64,000 nucleotides of DNA from Eledone cirrhosa (lineage: Eukaryota), in assembly GCA_964016885.1 (NCBI GenBank), contig OZ024749.1, positions 48,298,001 through 48,362,000 on the forward strand, read 5' to 3'. Below, piece after piece: positions 12,322-27,055 of the stretch. Positions within the stretch are counted from its first letter, which is position 1. Every line of letters starts with the position of its first letter. The notes under the pieces were generated by a model. That model was given only the letters and a program-made list of their open reading frames with translations, was not told where the DNA came from and searched no databases. Made by a program: the position numbers and the translations under genes.

Positions 12322-13284
12322 GTGTATATATGGATGTATCTATGTATATATATATATTCGTATGTAATTGATGGCTGAGAGAAAAGTGTACTCAATACAG
12401 ATCAACCTGTGATAAACAGGTGAAACTCCACTGTAACAAGTCTAACAATTTAGCCTTAATTAAATATATATATATATGTGTGTGTGCGTGTATGTGTGTG
12501 TGCATGTGTGTGTATGTGTGCGTGCGTGTGAGCGCGTTTGTGTGTGTATGTGAGTTAGTGTCTGTTTACATGGGGAAAATACTTATATCTGTATTTAACA
12601 AGAGACCACTGCTATTGTCATACTCTCACATGATGAATAATGTCTTAAATGGATATATTTTACGTATAACTATTTAAATAACTTTTAAAGAGAATTAATA
12701 GCATTATTTGATTATACGGTATATATATTTTTCTACGAAATTTAGACCATTCACTGTGACCCATTACGGAAATAAATGTTTCTCCTATATGTGTTTACAT
12801 TTTTAAAATTAGTTCAAATTGTGTTTAGCTTCTTGAAAGATATTTGACGATACTTTAATGAAAGAGGGAAGTCATTACGTTGAGGGGCGTTCTTATGATA
12901 TATTATTTTGAAAAATGCACTGCCATAGCTGCTAACATCAGCCATCAGTCAGTTGGTGCAGTAAATTGGGTATGAGTAAAAACAACTTATTTTGTATACT
13001 TAGCGGAAGTGGAAATGGCACACAGTAATAAAGAGACTCCGTACTGTGAAACTAGTGTTTCTTTTAGATATCGCATTTTTGTTTTCTCCATTCTCTCCAG
13101 TGGGTAGACGAGGCAGACTAACCATACATGAGAGTGAAGTTATATATACGTAGAGCAATTATGAATCAATGCGTTATATAAAGGTGAAATAAAGAATACA
13201 TTCATACAAATAGATATACTCAAAAGCCCTAACTTTAATGCCAAGGGAAATAATTGTCAACATTAAAATTACCCATTATCTATT

Positions 13285-13335
<51 letters not shown>

Positions 13336-14085
13336 AATCAAAGGAAAATATACCATACGAATAGAGTAAAAACTAGCTGTGATTTCATTGTGTGATAAAC
13401 CTCTTCCATTGACTAATCGGTTGGTTATTTTATAACCTATTCTGATACACTTTATTTTTCTTTTATATATAGACAATTGAATAGATTAATAATAAAGATA
13501 ATAATGAGTAGATGTTCATAACACAAACAGGATTGTTTACCACTTGCTCTCTTTCTTGTCTAGTTTGCATTCTAGTGGTAGTAGTATCAATAATAGTCAG
13601 TTTTTATTCCCATGATACGCACAAACTTCATATATAAATACACACATACACCCACCTCATCCTATCTCTTTCTCTCTCTCTCTCAAATATGTGTATATAT
13701 ATTTATGTATACATATATATATATATATATATACAGACAACAGAGTAAGTGTGAGCGAGCTATTTACAACTGTCTGCAATATACACTGTACGTGTTTGTA
13801 CGAAAATAACGCTACTGGAAAGAAATTATATATTCCTGCTGTTGTCTTCCTTAAGAATGTTAGGTTTAATAGAAAAATAGATGCCATTTTTCGGTAGACA
13901 AACAAACAGCTAAGGCTAATTATAGTAACAACTTCGTTTTCATCTTTTGGAAATAACATGTTGCTATATTTAATCATAGAACATATTAACAGCAAACCTC
14001 TAAAAAAAATGTTTCGTACAATATATTTTTCTTTACACTTTCGTCACTCGCCCACCCGTTATAATATATATACACTCTTACATAT

Positions 14086-14138
<53 letters not shown>

Positions 14139-14430
14139 GGGGGTGGTGCTTATGTGAGTTATTATTACAAACGATTCTCGATATACTTTCCATCTATAAG
14201 ATTCTATATGTTTATTGTTTACTTCTGAAAACTGGTTTACTCGCACCCACAAATCCTATATAAAAGTTCAGTGCAATCGTGAGATTAGGTTGTTTAAATA
14301 TATGAAGCGTTTTTAATGAACATACCGCTCCGAGCTTTACGTCTCTGCTGCTATAGACTTCAAAAACACAAACACAATACAGACGCACACACTCACACAC
14401 ACACACGCATACATATATACACACATATGT

Positions 14431-14598
<168 letters not shown>

Positions 14599-17500
14599 AT
14601 AAATACACAATCGGTTCTTAACGTGTTTCACATTTGGATTTGATATGTGTAAGGCGTTATTTTCCTTAATTGAATTCAGTTCATTTCCCTCATGCCACAG
14701 TGAATCGAATTTAAGTATATCGATTGACGTTTGAACAAGCAGGCGGCTTGTCAGAGGTTTGCTTTCCCTAACACCATGCTATCGAAACGTCAACTGAGAG
14801 GTTCATCGTGACAAATACTTCAGTCGTTGTACTTGCTAAATACACTGTCGTATACAGAGTTAAATTCATCGATCAATAACAAGAGAATATTCCTTTATTG
14901 TAACAGTTGTTTCACTTCTTCCAGTTCTTTTATCATTATAATTATTGTCTGTCATATATAACCTTCAATTTAGATTAGAATACGTTCTATCTCGTTCTGG
15001 TAAAGGCATCTATTACATATTTGTATCCTATAGAAAAGGATATATATTTCCTAGCCAATATATTATGATTAATATATAATTTATTAATACCAAGTTGCAT
15101 TTTTAGACCGTATAGCCAATGTAGACAGTACTATTATATCCAATCGAAATCTTAACTATCTTTCGCTTTTATTGTTCGCGAGCAAAGAAGGGAAGGAGAA
15201 TTATGTGAGTTGAAGCAGTTATAAATATCAAAGTACATACAAATAATAAAACACGTTTCTATCAATGATTGACAGAAGAAGTTCTAACAAGATTACATGG
15301 TGCATTCTTTAGTTAGTTAATCGCAGGAACAACTGAGCAAAAATGATAAATAAATCAAATATATAAGTGTACAGTAAAATAAATAAAGGTAAATGAAAGA
15401 TTTAAAACTCCATGTATTTCAATATAGCTTGCACTTAGGAAATAGAAATAAGAAATTGCTAATTTTTACCTCGAGAATAGATTATCTTTAATCTTAGAGA
15501 GGAAAAAATGTTGGGAGGAGTAGAGAATAAAAATGCTAGAAGATAAGCTTTATTGATTTTCTCTGAGTAGAAAATAACTTTTGAGTTAAATCTTCCTAAA
15601 TGTATCCACCAGGATTGCATTATCGTACTTTTGTGAAGAAGACATGTTGGAAAATTGAAAGTAATAACGATAATAAAAACTTATTCCAGCCAAAAGGTAT
15701 TAGCCGAATGACATTAGATGAAAACAAACATTAGTATGAGAATATCCTCCTGAGTTAAACCCATTACCTGTTTTAAAGAATACCCAAACTGCTATTGCTG
15801 ACAGTTTTTCATATAAATCGATGAATTTAAGTATTAATATTTAGTATTTCAACATCAGCTACACATTTCCTCCTTCCATAAAGATATTTAAGAGATCCAT
15901 GCTCAATATTATAATATTTTCCTTTCTTGTTTTTCTTCATGCTCCATAATTCCGTAATTCAACCCAGAATATTTTTTTACTTTTCTTTTATATTCTCTTT
16001 ATATGATGTCTCCCATTTCCATATTACTTTCATTTCTTCATTTTTACGAGCTCTTTTATAATTTATTGATTGATGTATCAATATATTTCGCATATTCTAT
16101 ATATCAATTTATTGTATATATTCTTTGCACGGGTCCTACTCTTTGTAATTTTCCTGCATACGTATAGAAGAATGGAACTATGAAACACAACCAGACATAG
16201 ACACAGAATGCACAGGCCACGATAGAATACACTGTCTGATTCGTTTTCCTTCATCTAAATTATTATATAATCTTTCATAACACACTAATATAGTGAAATA
16301 CATTATGTAATATATATATATATATATGTGATCTTTTATTTTAATCACAAAGGGTGCGGGTTGAAACAGAAATAAGTCGTTGTAAGGCATGTCTTGTTTA
16401 ACATATGCAAATATATACTTATCCCTTGCTCCAGTAATCATAGATATTATAGTCATTTTAAGTAAAGTATTATAAATGCAATTGGAAATCACAAAACACA
16501 AATAATAGCACGATTTACATCAGCGTTCTTTGAACCTGTAACTGTTTGTGTAATGAGAACGAGCAATAAACATGAAAATGCAAATGTAAAACTACCATTA
16601 AACATAAACAATAATTTTGGAATGAGATTAAAATATCTGGGACATGATTGTTGTACAACCAAATATTCGAGTTGTTTGAACAACGAAAAACACAGAGACT
16701 GAAATTAATGTAAAATTAGCCGAGAATTTACCGACACGTGTAACCTCAACAATATCCCAGCCATCTTGTGCTTGTCAGTGTTTAGCAGTGTTTAGCATGT
16801 CTGATAATTTTCGATTTAAATGTAGTGACGGATTTTGTAAATTAACCAAAAATTAATACACGGTGTAATTAATATTTAAAACTTATAGATACTCCTAATC
16901 ATATAATGGATTGTAACACACAACCAGAAATATGATTCAACCAAGCAATCGGTTTAAATTTTGAGAAATATTGTAGAAGGTCTACAGATGCATATGATTA
17001 TACTGAAAATGTAACATTGAAGATGAAATATTATTATATATACATCACTATAGTTCGACCTTATGCATTTGCATTTATTGACCTCGTAAGACTAATATGA
17101 CTGAAACATATACTGGGATTTATCCGATATTTACTGAAATGTAAAGTGCCAGATAGAGAATAATTGGGGTTAATAGGTGAAATGTACATCCTTTTAAACA
17201 CATTCCTATTATTTCCTCTTGTTAACATATAACCTCCAATTCAATGTGTCTTTACGAAACTAAAAATAAAAGAGAAAAACTACAAGGTGCATGTAAAACG
17301 AAATGAACCAATATCTAACGCTATTTTCTAAAACTCCAAATCTGGAGTTATTTGAGCACATCGATGTATAATCTATATATGTGTGTGACCGTATATGTGC
17401 GTGTGAGTTTCAATGTAGAGGACATCGCATATTTAATGCCTGTTATATTAAAACATGATTGTGTTCGGGTGTTCTTATGTTTGGTGTGTAACAAAGCATG

Positions 17501-17775
17501 AACACGTTAACGACTCTAGTATCCCCATAATCCAATCTTTGCTAGCAATTCAATGACCCAAGAAAACACACAACTGACAATAGGCTGCGAAGTTTCAAAA
17601 CATTCTCAAACTTATATATATATGTAAGTATGCTATCGTTTCAAACCAATAGGAAAAACTGTGAATAAAGACCAACAACCTTGATCACCATGTTCATCAT
17701 ATCACAAGCATAGACGCATCTCTATCTCTCTCTCTCTCTTTCGTTCACTCTCTATTTCTCTCGCTCTCTGTATAT

Positions 17776-17858
<83 letters not shown>

Positions 17859-17897
17859 TATTGAAGTTTGCTTGAAGCATTGTGGAACAATAAGTAA

Positions 17898-18132
17898 ATA
17901 TTTATAAGTCGTTTGGAAGCCTCGACAATGCAAATGGGTAAATCTCCGGGTAACAAGGTCCGGTGGTGGAGAGAGAGATATGTAATTGGGTGTACGTTGA
18001 GAAGCGTGGTGTTATACACACCACGCATCTCAACGTACACCCACTTACATATCTCTCTCTCCACCACCGGACCTTGTTACCCGGAGATTTACCCATTTGC
18101 ATTGTCGAGGCTTCCAAACGACTTATAAATAT
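17898..18132. repeat. Near-perfect 235-bp palindrome (family B fold-back)
   Basis: 115-bp arms (17898-18012 and 18018-18132), 2 mismatches, 5-nt loop TATAC. A single-arm relative lies at 60433-60548. Confidence 0.95.
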
Positions 18133-20133
18133 ATATAGGACTAGAATTGCTTTATTCGTATGGAACGTGAGATGATTTCAGAAGGAAACAGTTCCAGCCA
18201 ACAGCAAGGTAAGAGGGCAAAGTCTTCATAACGACCATATTCAGAAACGTTGATAGTCGACAGTTATGCAACCTTGATTCTGCTGGGATCCGCTAGATAG
18301 TTGTACGTCATGTGATTCCAAAATTAATGTATATATATATATATATATATATATAAGTATATATTTTGTGAGAATTTAAAGCAAAAACACACCAAACATG
18401 CACATACAGCTGAGTTGATATTTTTTAAAAGTTATAACGAAGAAATAAGAGGTTTCGGCATTGACATTATGAACAGTGGCTGTTCATTTGGAAAATAAGA
18501 AATGTATAGAAAAATACGGATGAGGGAGTGAGACATTTAATGTGTTGTACATTATTATTTACCACGGTGGAACTGCGGAAATGAGAGAAGAGAATATGTG
18601 GGGATATATATTCATTCATTCAAAGGAACACCGCAGGAAAAGTGATATATATCTGATCGGAAATACTTTAAAGGGTGCATCGTTGTGTTTGTGCATTTAT
18701 GTGTGTGATAGTTTGACGAATGTCTCGTCTACATTTGATTATACAAAGTCTTTGCAAACATATGATTACACGCACACACACAGATAATCATATAGATTCG
18801 CATACACACGTACACCCATACACACACGCACACACGCACACACGCACATACGCACACACATTTATGTGTGTTTATTCAACCATAGTTGTTTATTGGTTGT
18901 AAACAATCATCAACAATATGTATTGAATATATTTACACTTATCAAACCAAATTGAAACATTTTAAGCAGCTTAAATAATTTATTTGTTATGACATTTGTG
19001 TTTTTCCTTTTTATACGAAATGGAGTTTAACTTTTATCTTAAAATATTTAGGAATTTTCTCTTAAGGAAACTTTTCCTTGGAAGAAACTAAAAACAGCTA
19101 TACTATTTTTTCTCAAAATAATAATAATAAAAATGATTTGAGTTTATTCAAAGTAAAATTTTCAAAACACAAAATATTTAAAATGGATTTTATTTTTAAG
19201 AAGATTAATTAAATTTTTAATGTATTGGTTTGAAAATAAAAAGAAGACACAAATGATGTATTTGTTGTGTGTGATGTTTGGAAATATAATTGCTATTTGT
19301 GTAAAGTGGCACACATTTAATATTCTGTAATGTTTACTACAACATTGTTACTAATACGATGAATCATACGAATATGGAAATTCATAAATGACAAGCCAGA
19401 AATGGAGGAAATAAAATGCATCTTGCGGTGGTTTCAATCTCAGGAGAAACTACAGCCTACAGGTTAAGCATCAGACAAGATTCTTTTAAACATTTAAACA
19501 GGTTTTAAGTTCACCTACTAAGGTATGTGACTTCACCTTTCCTTTTTTTCTGTTTTATGGAATCTTGTTTCAATGAAAGATTAAGTTCAATTTTTAATGT
19601 GTTGTGAATATGAATCTATACCATAAATTATAATACAGCCAATGTAATGAAACTATGAAGAATAGTGAGCATAAATACTTTATGACAGCTTAATGTGAAA
19701 CAAAACTGTATTGTGTAAAATACCCAGGGACACGCTGGTCATAAATATCAACTTGTACCGTGGCTGTTGTATCACAAAATGAAACACAATGAATAATATA
19801 TTAGTTTCACGATTGATGCAATAGGAGAGTTGGCTTTACTTTTCGGAGCCTAGCGTTTCATCAAAAGACAGAATGAGAAACAAAAGATGCCATAGGATTA
19901 TTGAGAAAGAAACGAACAAGTACGGACAACATTCTTGAGAAAGAGCCACTGTTTATTCAGTCTATATGTAAATATATTAAATATCGATGAGAGAAAACAA
20001 CATAGGATAGCCGTATAGTTTAATGAAGATATATATTAGTTTGAGGCTTAATATAGCAGGAAACTATCCCTTAAGCTGTGAAAGTCAGTCCTTCATATAA
20101 AATAACGAGATATAGGAAAAATATTATGAATCA

Positions 20134-20190
<57 letters not shown>

Positions 20191-22834
20191 CAGCTGTTTT
20201 TGTATCTAAATAAACAAGGAAGTAAACGTAATTTCAGCTATAAATGTCCGGTACTCTGATCATTAATTGCTATAAGTTTTAATTGATAGTGTCAGCATCA
20301 TTGTGATATTCCGTGTTATTTGTGTCACTATAGATACAAGAAATGGTATAGTGATTAATTTAGTTGACTATATATATAATGAATGTTGGGGCGACCACAT
20401 AGTCTAATGCTTATGAACATAAAACATTCATATTATTGCAAATAAATATTTACTTGGAGATGTATAACCTACAATTTTGGTGCTGAAATCGTACTTGATA
20501 TATTATTCTGCGTTCACTTGATAGTATATTAAAGATAAAGAAATAAAGAATAATATATTCATTATGGACAGAAACATTTTTCAATATATATTGTATTTTT
20601 TTAATTATGCTAATGGTCACAATGAATCAAACGTATTTGAAAACAATTTGCAATATAAACGAGGCGATAATATATTACTTGCCAGGGAATACTTAATGAC
20701 GTTTGTAAACTCCTCTGTTAAGAAAATCGTTGAATGAATATGTTGATAAATGTAGGAAATATTCTCTAAATATGACAATGTTAAACACTACGAACAAATT
20801 TCGACGAAGCTAGAACCATAGTATCTGCGAATTACGTCAATACCGAGACCTAAAACAATTAATTAATATTCTGGTGCTTTGTGCTGTTCATTTACATACG
20901 AGAATAATTTCATTATTGAGTTTTAGAATAAATTATCATTGAAATTAATGTCTCTTAGTATTGCTTCGGGAAAAGACTATAATATGTATATGTCATGGCT
21001 CTAATGGTCATATACATACATTTATATTGATTTATTGCAGTAAGAATATAGTCAATGAAACAAGTAGTGGCTTTCAGTCCATTCCAACGAAAATATATAA
21101 CTCGAATATATATATATATATATATAGTGCTTCAGACAGCCAAGTATCGATTGACTTAAAACACGTTTGATAGACAGAAATGTGTGTGTATCGGATCTAA
21201 TCAGTCCTCCGAGTTTCCACTATCACCTGGATACATTTAGCAGACTCCACGATGTTGCAAGCCTGCAACACACATTTCAAAAGTGGAAATGACAGAAGAA
21301 ATAACATATATGTGTGTGCCTGCGTGTGCGTGTGTGTAGGTAAAGCCACAATTCTAAGTTTTAAGTTGACATTTGTCTATGTTCTGCAATCCAAAGCTAG
21401 AAACTATTACAGGAATAAATAATATAGTGACCACAATTTGAATTTTGCATAAAATACGCAAATTCGATGAGATTTGATGAGACATACTGGAAAATTGTCG
21501 GAAGTGGATTACAACATAACAACAATACCGAATATAACAATTGTATTTTATCAACTGTCTAAGTGAAATGTCTTTTTATACAAATAAAATGATCGATTTG
21601 ATGACTAGTTTTATGTCAGTGATGTATCAACATCATCTGTTTTGAAGTAAAGTTAGACGTATCCGCTTTGTCGCAAGGAACTTTAAGAGAGGTCTGATCT
21701 GCAAATAATATCCTCCTGTTTTAAATACCGTTCAGAAAATTATGAAACATAAAAATTAATCATGTTTAAAAATAAAATGTAATCATGTTTTATGTCAATT
21801 CAATAATACAGGAAATGATGATGTATAAAACCCCTGACCTTCAGCCTAATTCAAGGTCAGACATTCACAAAGATGTAGTATCTAATGTTACATTTAAATA
21901 CTGTCACTGAGATGCAGGATATATAAAGAAAGCCAGCCGTAGAAATGTATTCATCACATGCTTCTGCACGCTTACTGAGTAAGTTCAAGTATAATCGGAT
22001 TCTTAATAAATGTTCATCTGTTCGCTGTCGATATAATATTACCAGTGTTGAGCTGGTCTTGATTCGATTTAATCGGCTAACACTCTCTTCTGAACATTTC
22101 TTGAATTGGCACATTTTTTAGAAATCTATACTAAATTCATTAAGTTTCTTTGATTCAATAAAATATATCGATACTATGTTCCATATACGTGCCGATACAT
22201 TTCCAAATGATATGGATGTATTGATAGATGAATAATTGGATTTGAATAGTGGTTATGCTTTACAATATATAAAAAACAGTATATACAAATTTAATTCTAT
22301 AATTTGAACGTGTCATATGACTAAACTAGTGGCTGTACAACTCATTATTTAAGGGTTGAATGAATGTATATATAATGTCAATAACATTTGCGATAGAATA
22401 GAAAATTACTCTCTTCTCTTGCTCTTGATACAAACTATAACACAATATTCTCAGTGATATCGATTTGCGAAGTCTCCGTTTCAGGGAACTTGATATAATA
22501 TTAAGAGAAAGTATAATTCCACTAATGCAAGATATTAGATTGTAATTAATTCTAGTTCATTATAGTTTCGACATTGTATCCATAGAAATATAATTCTGCG
22601 AACTAGGTCTCTACATGTTTAATTTGTTCCCGGTTGCAGCCTCTATGTCTAGGTGCCAATAAGAATTATTTGTGTTTTTATACTGATTCCTACACTCCTA
22701 ATGACTTAGAAATTTGATTCCATTTTCGCCCATTTTCACTCTGTTCCTCCCCCTTTCTCTCTCTCTCTCTATCTCTCTCTCACTCTCTCTTTATGTCTCT
22801 CCGCTCATCACACACACACACACACACACACACC

Positions 22835-22902
<68 letters not shown>

Positions 22903-23268
22903 AAGACAGTTATTGTACCAACCAGTCTATTCCCCTATATTAACCATCCTGAATATTCATACACTTATACTACACATATATACTCTATATACGTATATAG
23001 AAAACACTCATGCAATCATCGAAAGCCGTATATATAAACAATACACTAGATAAACAAAGCCAGAAATAAGCATAGCATATAATCGACAAAACCTTCGGAT
23101 TACACACTCTAAAAATTATATTCATAAAAACTGGGTCAACCATTAACTAAATGCCTATATTAGAGATATGTCATCCTTCAAAATAATCCCTACCCCATAC
23201 ATATATCCCATCTCTGAAGCCGCTGTAAATATGAGCATGTGGAAGACGGACATTTTCATTTCATTATG

Positions 23269-23584
23269 ATAATTGGCATTATATATCCATTATTATATAT
23301 TATATAATATCCAATATTTAAATATTATATATACATTCTTACAGCTATGATGCGCACGAAAAAAGTACGTGGACCGATTAAACTTTCGTATCAAATTCCT
23401 TTTCAGTCATATGAAATATATATATATATATATATATTTCATATGACTAAAAAGGAATTTGATGCGAAAGTTCAATCGGTCCACGTATATTTTTTGTGCG
23501 CATCATAGCTATAAGAATGTATATATAATATTTAAATATTGGATATTCTATAATATATAATAATGGATATAAAATGCTAATTAT
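23269..23584. repeat. 316-bp palindrome centred on a (TA)n tract
   Basis: Arms ~23269-23416 and ~23437-23584 are reverse complements with scattered mismatches; the right arm runs into another (TA)n. Confidence 0.93.
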
Positions 23585-26265
23585 ATATATATATATATAT
23601 ATTCCTGGTCAGAGTGCATATATTCTCCCATGGAAATAGAGAGATTTCAGACACGAAACGCAACATAATTCTACGCAAATGGTGTTATTTAGTGTTTCTG
23701 TAGTTAAGTCATCATTTCATTACAAAAGTGCTTCCTAAAATAGAAAGACACATCGCATAATAATGATTCATTTGCAATATATCTAATTAAAATACGAGAA
23801 CACAGTTCAAAAATGTTCCTCGATCAGTATTAGCCTGGGGGTAAACAACAGGTACAACAATAGAAAAGGCAGCAACATAATTAGTAGCAACAGTAGAAAT
23901 TTGCATTCAAACGAAATACTGCAGTATTCCCTGTATTCATTATAACATTATAAAATTTACATAATTATTAAATAAAATTAAGTACAACCAAATTATCGAT
24001 TTATCCTGGACAAGCCTATTTCTAAGTCAAATTTTGCCAAATATAATTGAAATGTAAGCAGCTGTAGAATCACATGTATATTTCTATAGATGAAATTACC
24101 TGCACACATTTTAATTCACAGCTGAAATTAGTTTACATAAGTTAGGAGACAGGCTTTTCTCTTAAAGTACACATTTTCGCCACATATAATTCTGATATTC
24201 AGGCATGTGTAATTTCCTAAACATGGAGCATATTTAGTCTTCATTTGTTTTAAGTTTATAAATATCTGCCAAATCATGTAATAGTGTCATATAATCCTTC
24301 AGTTATTTAGTTCGTTTTAACCAACATATTGCTATACTACATCGCTTATAGATTGATTATTTCATGTCAATAATTTTAGTCTAGGAGGAAGGACTACGCA
24401 TATGTCAATCGCAATATGATCACAATGAGGGTGACGAGAAGACGAGACACGTGTCTGGTGATTGTCATAAATAAACATGTCCTAAGACTCGAGTATACAA
24501 AACCACAGAAAACTTGGTGATTTCAGTAGAAATAGGAGCGGCAAATGACGATAACATATCTGTAAACCTGAGTCAGTTGTATACAGTTGATCATATTAGA
24601 TACATCTGTGCATAATGTAAGTCATATGCTGCTTCAAATAAACTATTGTATGAATATAGTAATCAAATGATGATGTTTCATGTGTTGCGTCTCTTACAGA
24701 ATGCACTAATCTTTGATTAAAGGAGCGAACAATGATATATGTTTAGAATGTTCGAAACAGTAAGTATTAAGTTTAAGCCACTCGAAAATCAGTGTGGTTT
24801 TCTTGATTTTATTCTTTAGCTATATATCACATCTGACAAAGAACATATATGTTAAGAGGCATTCCAGATGTGATGACCTATCTGTGTACACACAGTATAT
24901 CTGCAACCCACATTAAGCATTACAAAGGGACTCCCAGGTTTATAATCGTAGAGCATGATTTACGACTGGCTTCAGTATACACTCTACGGAAAGCCGTGTA
25001 CCAATCCCGTTGTTGATTAATTTGAGGGTGGGTGAAGTGGTATTGATTAACAGCTAAATGATCTATGAATAAACAGACTGATACTTACACATCTTAATAT
25101 CTAGATCTACATCAGCAGATATCGCATTCTCCGTCTCTTGAATATTGTGCTTTGTATGAGAGTATTTCCCTATATAGGAGGGCGACTGTCATCTCCCATA
25201 ATTACTCCTTTATTTTTTTAGGATTAATTACACGTTCCCCACTAAACATAAATAAATAACCTCTTCGAAGGAGCAACAATTTTTACCCATAAAATATCAA
25301 TTAAAATTATTATAAATAAGTCTATGATTACCAAACGTGATAGGTTTGTCTCCAACAGTAATGTGTTTATCTACAATAGCTGCTTAGCCGAACATTAAAA
25401 AATTGTCAATCCACGTGATTTTTAAATTGCTCACTTTATGAGATTCTTGTCCATCAGCGCCAACATATCGATTAAGTGTGTTATGATTTTTTTCTAAAGA
25501 TTTTATTCAATAGAATTATCTTCATATGCCACATCTTTCATCTCATCATTTCAAGACATTATTAAATTGTCCATAATTTTAACTGTATAATTTCGAGAAG
25601 ATTTTCCTGTATCATTATTCATTCATCACTATTAATATCATTTAGTTTTCGTTTTCTTCAATATAATGCGATGTAATTTCTTTTTCACATATGCGCAATT
25701 ACACAGACATAAACACATTCCTCACATAGAAAATATACACGAATCCGCATGTGCAAATGCAGGAGTATATACAAATCTCTCTCTTCCTCATTCTTTGTAT
25801 ATATATATATATATATATATTGCGTGTGTGACGACTGTGAACGTGTGTGTAGAGTTTTTACACCTATAGATAATATGTGTTTCAAATTAAAAATAAAAAT
25901 AAATGTACATATATTATAATATTCAGTCCGGTAATTAGGTTTATGAAATATCTCTTCTTCAGAGAGAAATGAACCTAATTAGTAACTAATATGTACTAAA
26001 ATTAACATGCAGTAAAAACACAAGTTTCCATATTTTCTCAAATTAGAGCTTCCGTTTAACCAATAAAATCTGTTTTACTTTATTGATGTATGTACCTATG
26101 CATGTAAGCATTTAAATATGTATCTATGAATGTATGTAAGTGTGCAGATATATATATATATATATATATATATAGTAGTAGTAAAAAACCAAAACGAAAA
26201 ACAATAACAAAGAGTGCAGTACGAACACTGTTGGTATTAGGTTCACGGATCAGAGGTGGGGGGGG

Positions 26266-26287
26266 TGCGTTTCGGGCATACGCCCTT

Positions 26288-26289
<2 letters not shown>
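26266..26289 (-). ncRNA. 5'-truncated hammerhead-like motif
   Basis: Minus strand TGA-A-GGGC-GTAT-GCCC-GAAA-CGCA. The CTGA part is lost at the junction with a TA/TG tract and the UH site is not canonical. Confidence 0.45.
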
Positions 26290-26320
<31 letters not shown>

Positions 26321-26325
<5 letters not shown>

Positions 26326-26393
26326 AAAAAGTATGACCTCGACGGCAGAGCGCAAGCCGTTTCGACGGCTATTTCTGGACTACTTTTTCCTAT
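26321..26393. mobile_element. Mini inverted-repeat element, family C
   Basis: ATAGGAAAAAGTA...TACTTTTTCCTAT termini, internal hairpin AGCCGT-TTCG-ACGGCT, abuts (TA)n. Related to 34071-34126 and 61663-61760. Confidence 0.78.
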
Positions 26394-26894
26394 TTCCCAC
26401 TCTACTATCGTAAGTATTTAGTACAAATTCCACTTGATTAAGCACCAACACATATATCAGATGCTAGGAGTTACTGACAGCATAAAAAAACACCGCAAAA
26501 TGCTTTTCAGTCCTCCTCATAATCATAGAACATTTTAGTTTCCCACCGGCACGAAGCGTATGATATGCTCAGGTGAGAATCAAAATGTAGTTTTACTCGT
26601 AATGTCCGTGCACTCCAAGACAGATCTTAATCTTTATGTACATACATGCTTGCTTTTATCTGCAACCATGTAGCAAGCTGCGCCAGATAATTGAAATGGT
26701 GTTCAAAATGATGATACCTTTATCGCTGGATTTTCAAATGTTTCATATTTGGATTGCACTTTATTTTAAATATGATGTACTTTACCAAACTACAGAACAA
26801 ATATTACCTACTGGCCATTATATGAACATCTAGAGACTGCTGCTCTGATACTACTGATATGTGGTTTGACGGTCAAAGTAAATCAACGCTGGAA

Positions 26895-27055
26895 AGACAT
26901 TTTGGACAAAGCCATCCGAGAGGAGACCTAGGGCTAGAACCCGCGCAGGATTGAAGGTTAACATGTACGTGCTTGGCTGATTTATCTTGGGGATCCAGCT
27001 GGAGCAATTAGAGATGTTTACTACTATTAGGACCAGATAGAAGGCGTGCTAGAAA
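26895..27055 (+). mobile_element. Old RTE/Expander-like LINE 3' remnant
   Basis: Frameshifted pieces resembling 'G.RP.GRPR.RW' and 'LGIQLEQLEM', similar to the RTE C-terminus (LAWERLGI..EELE). Confidence 0.45.

Noticed and set aside
14170-14305. Minus-strand NFYIGFVGAS.. as a GIY-YIG remnant
   Set aside because: Only a YIG triplet; no other supporting motifs.
17930-17980. CCGGGTAACAAGGTCCGG resembling a twister P4 hairpin
   Set aside because: Could not find the P1/UAA cleavage junction or pseudoknot pairings, and the 60.4-kb copy alters the loop.
17902-18128. Near-identical 71-aa ORFs on both strands
   Set aside because: A consequence of the palindrome; the 60.4-kb relative does not preserve the frame.
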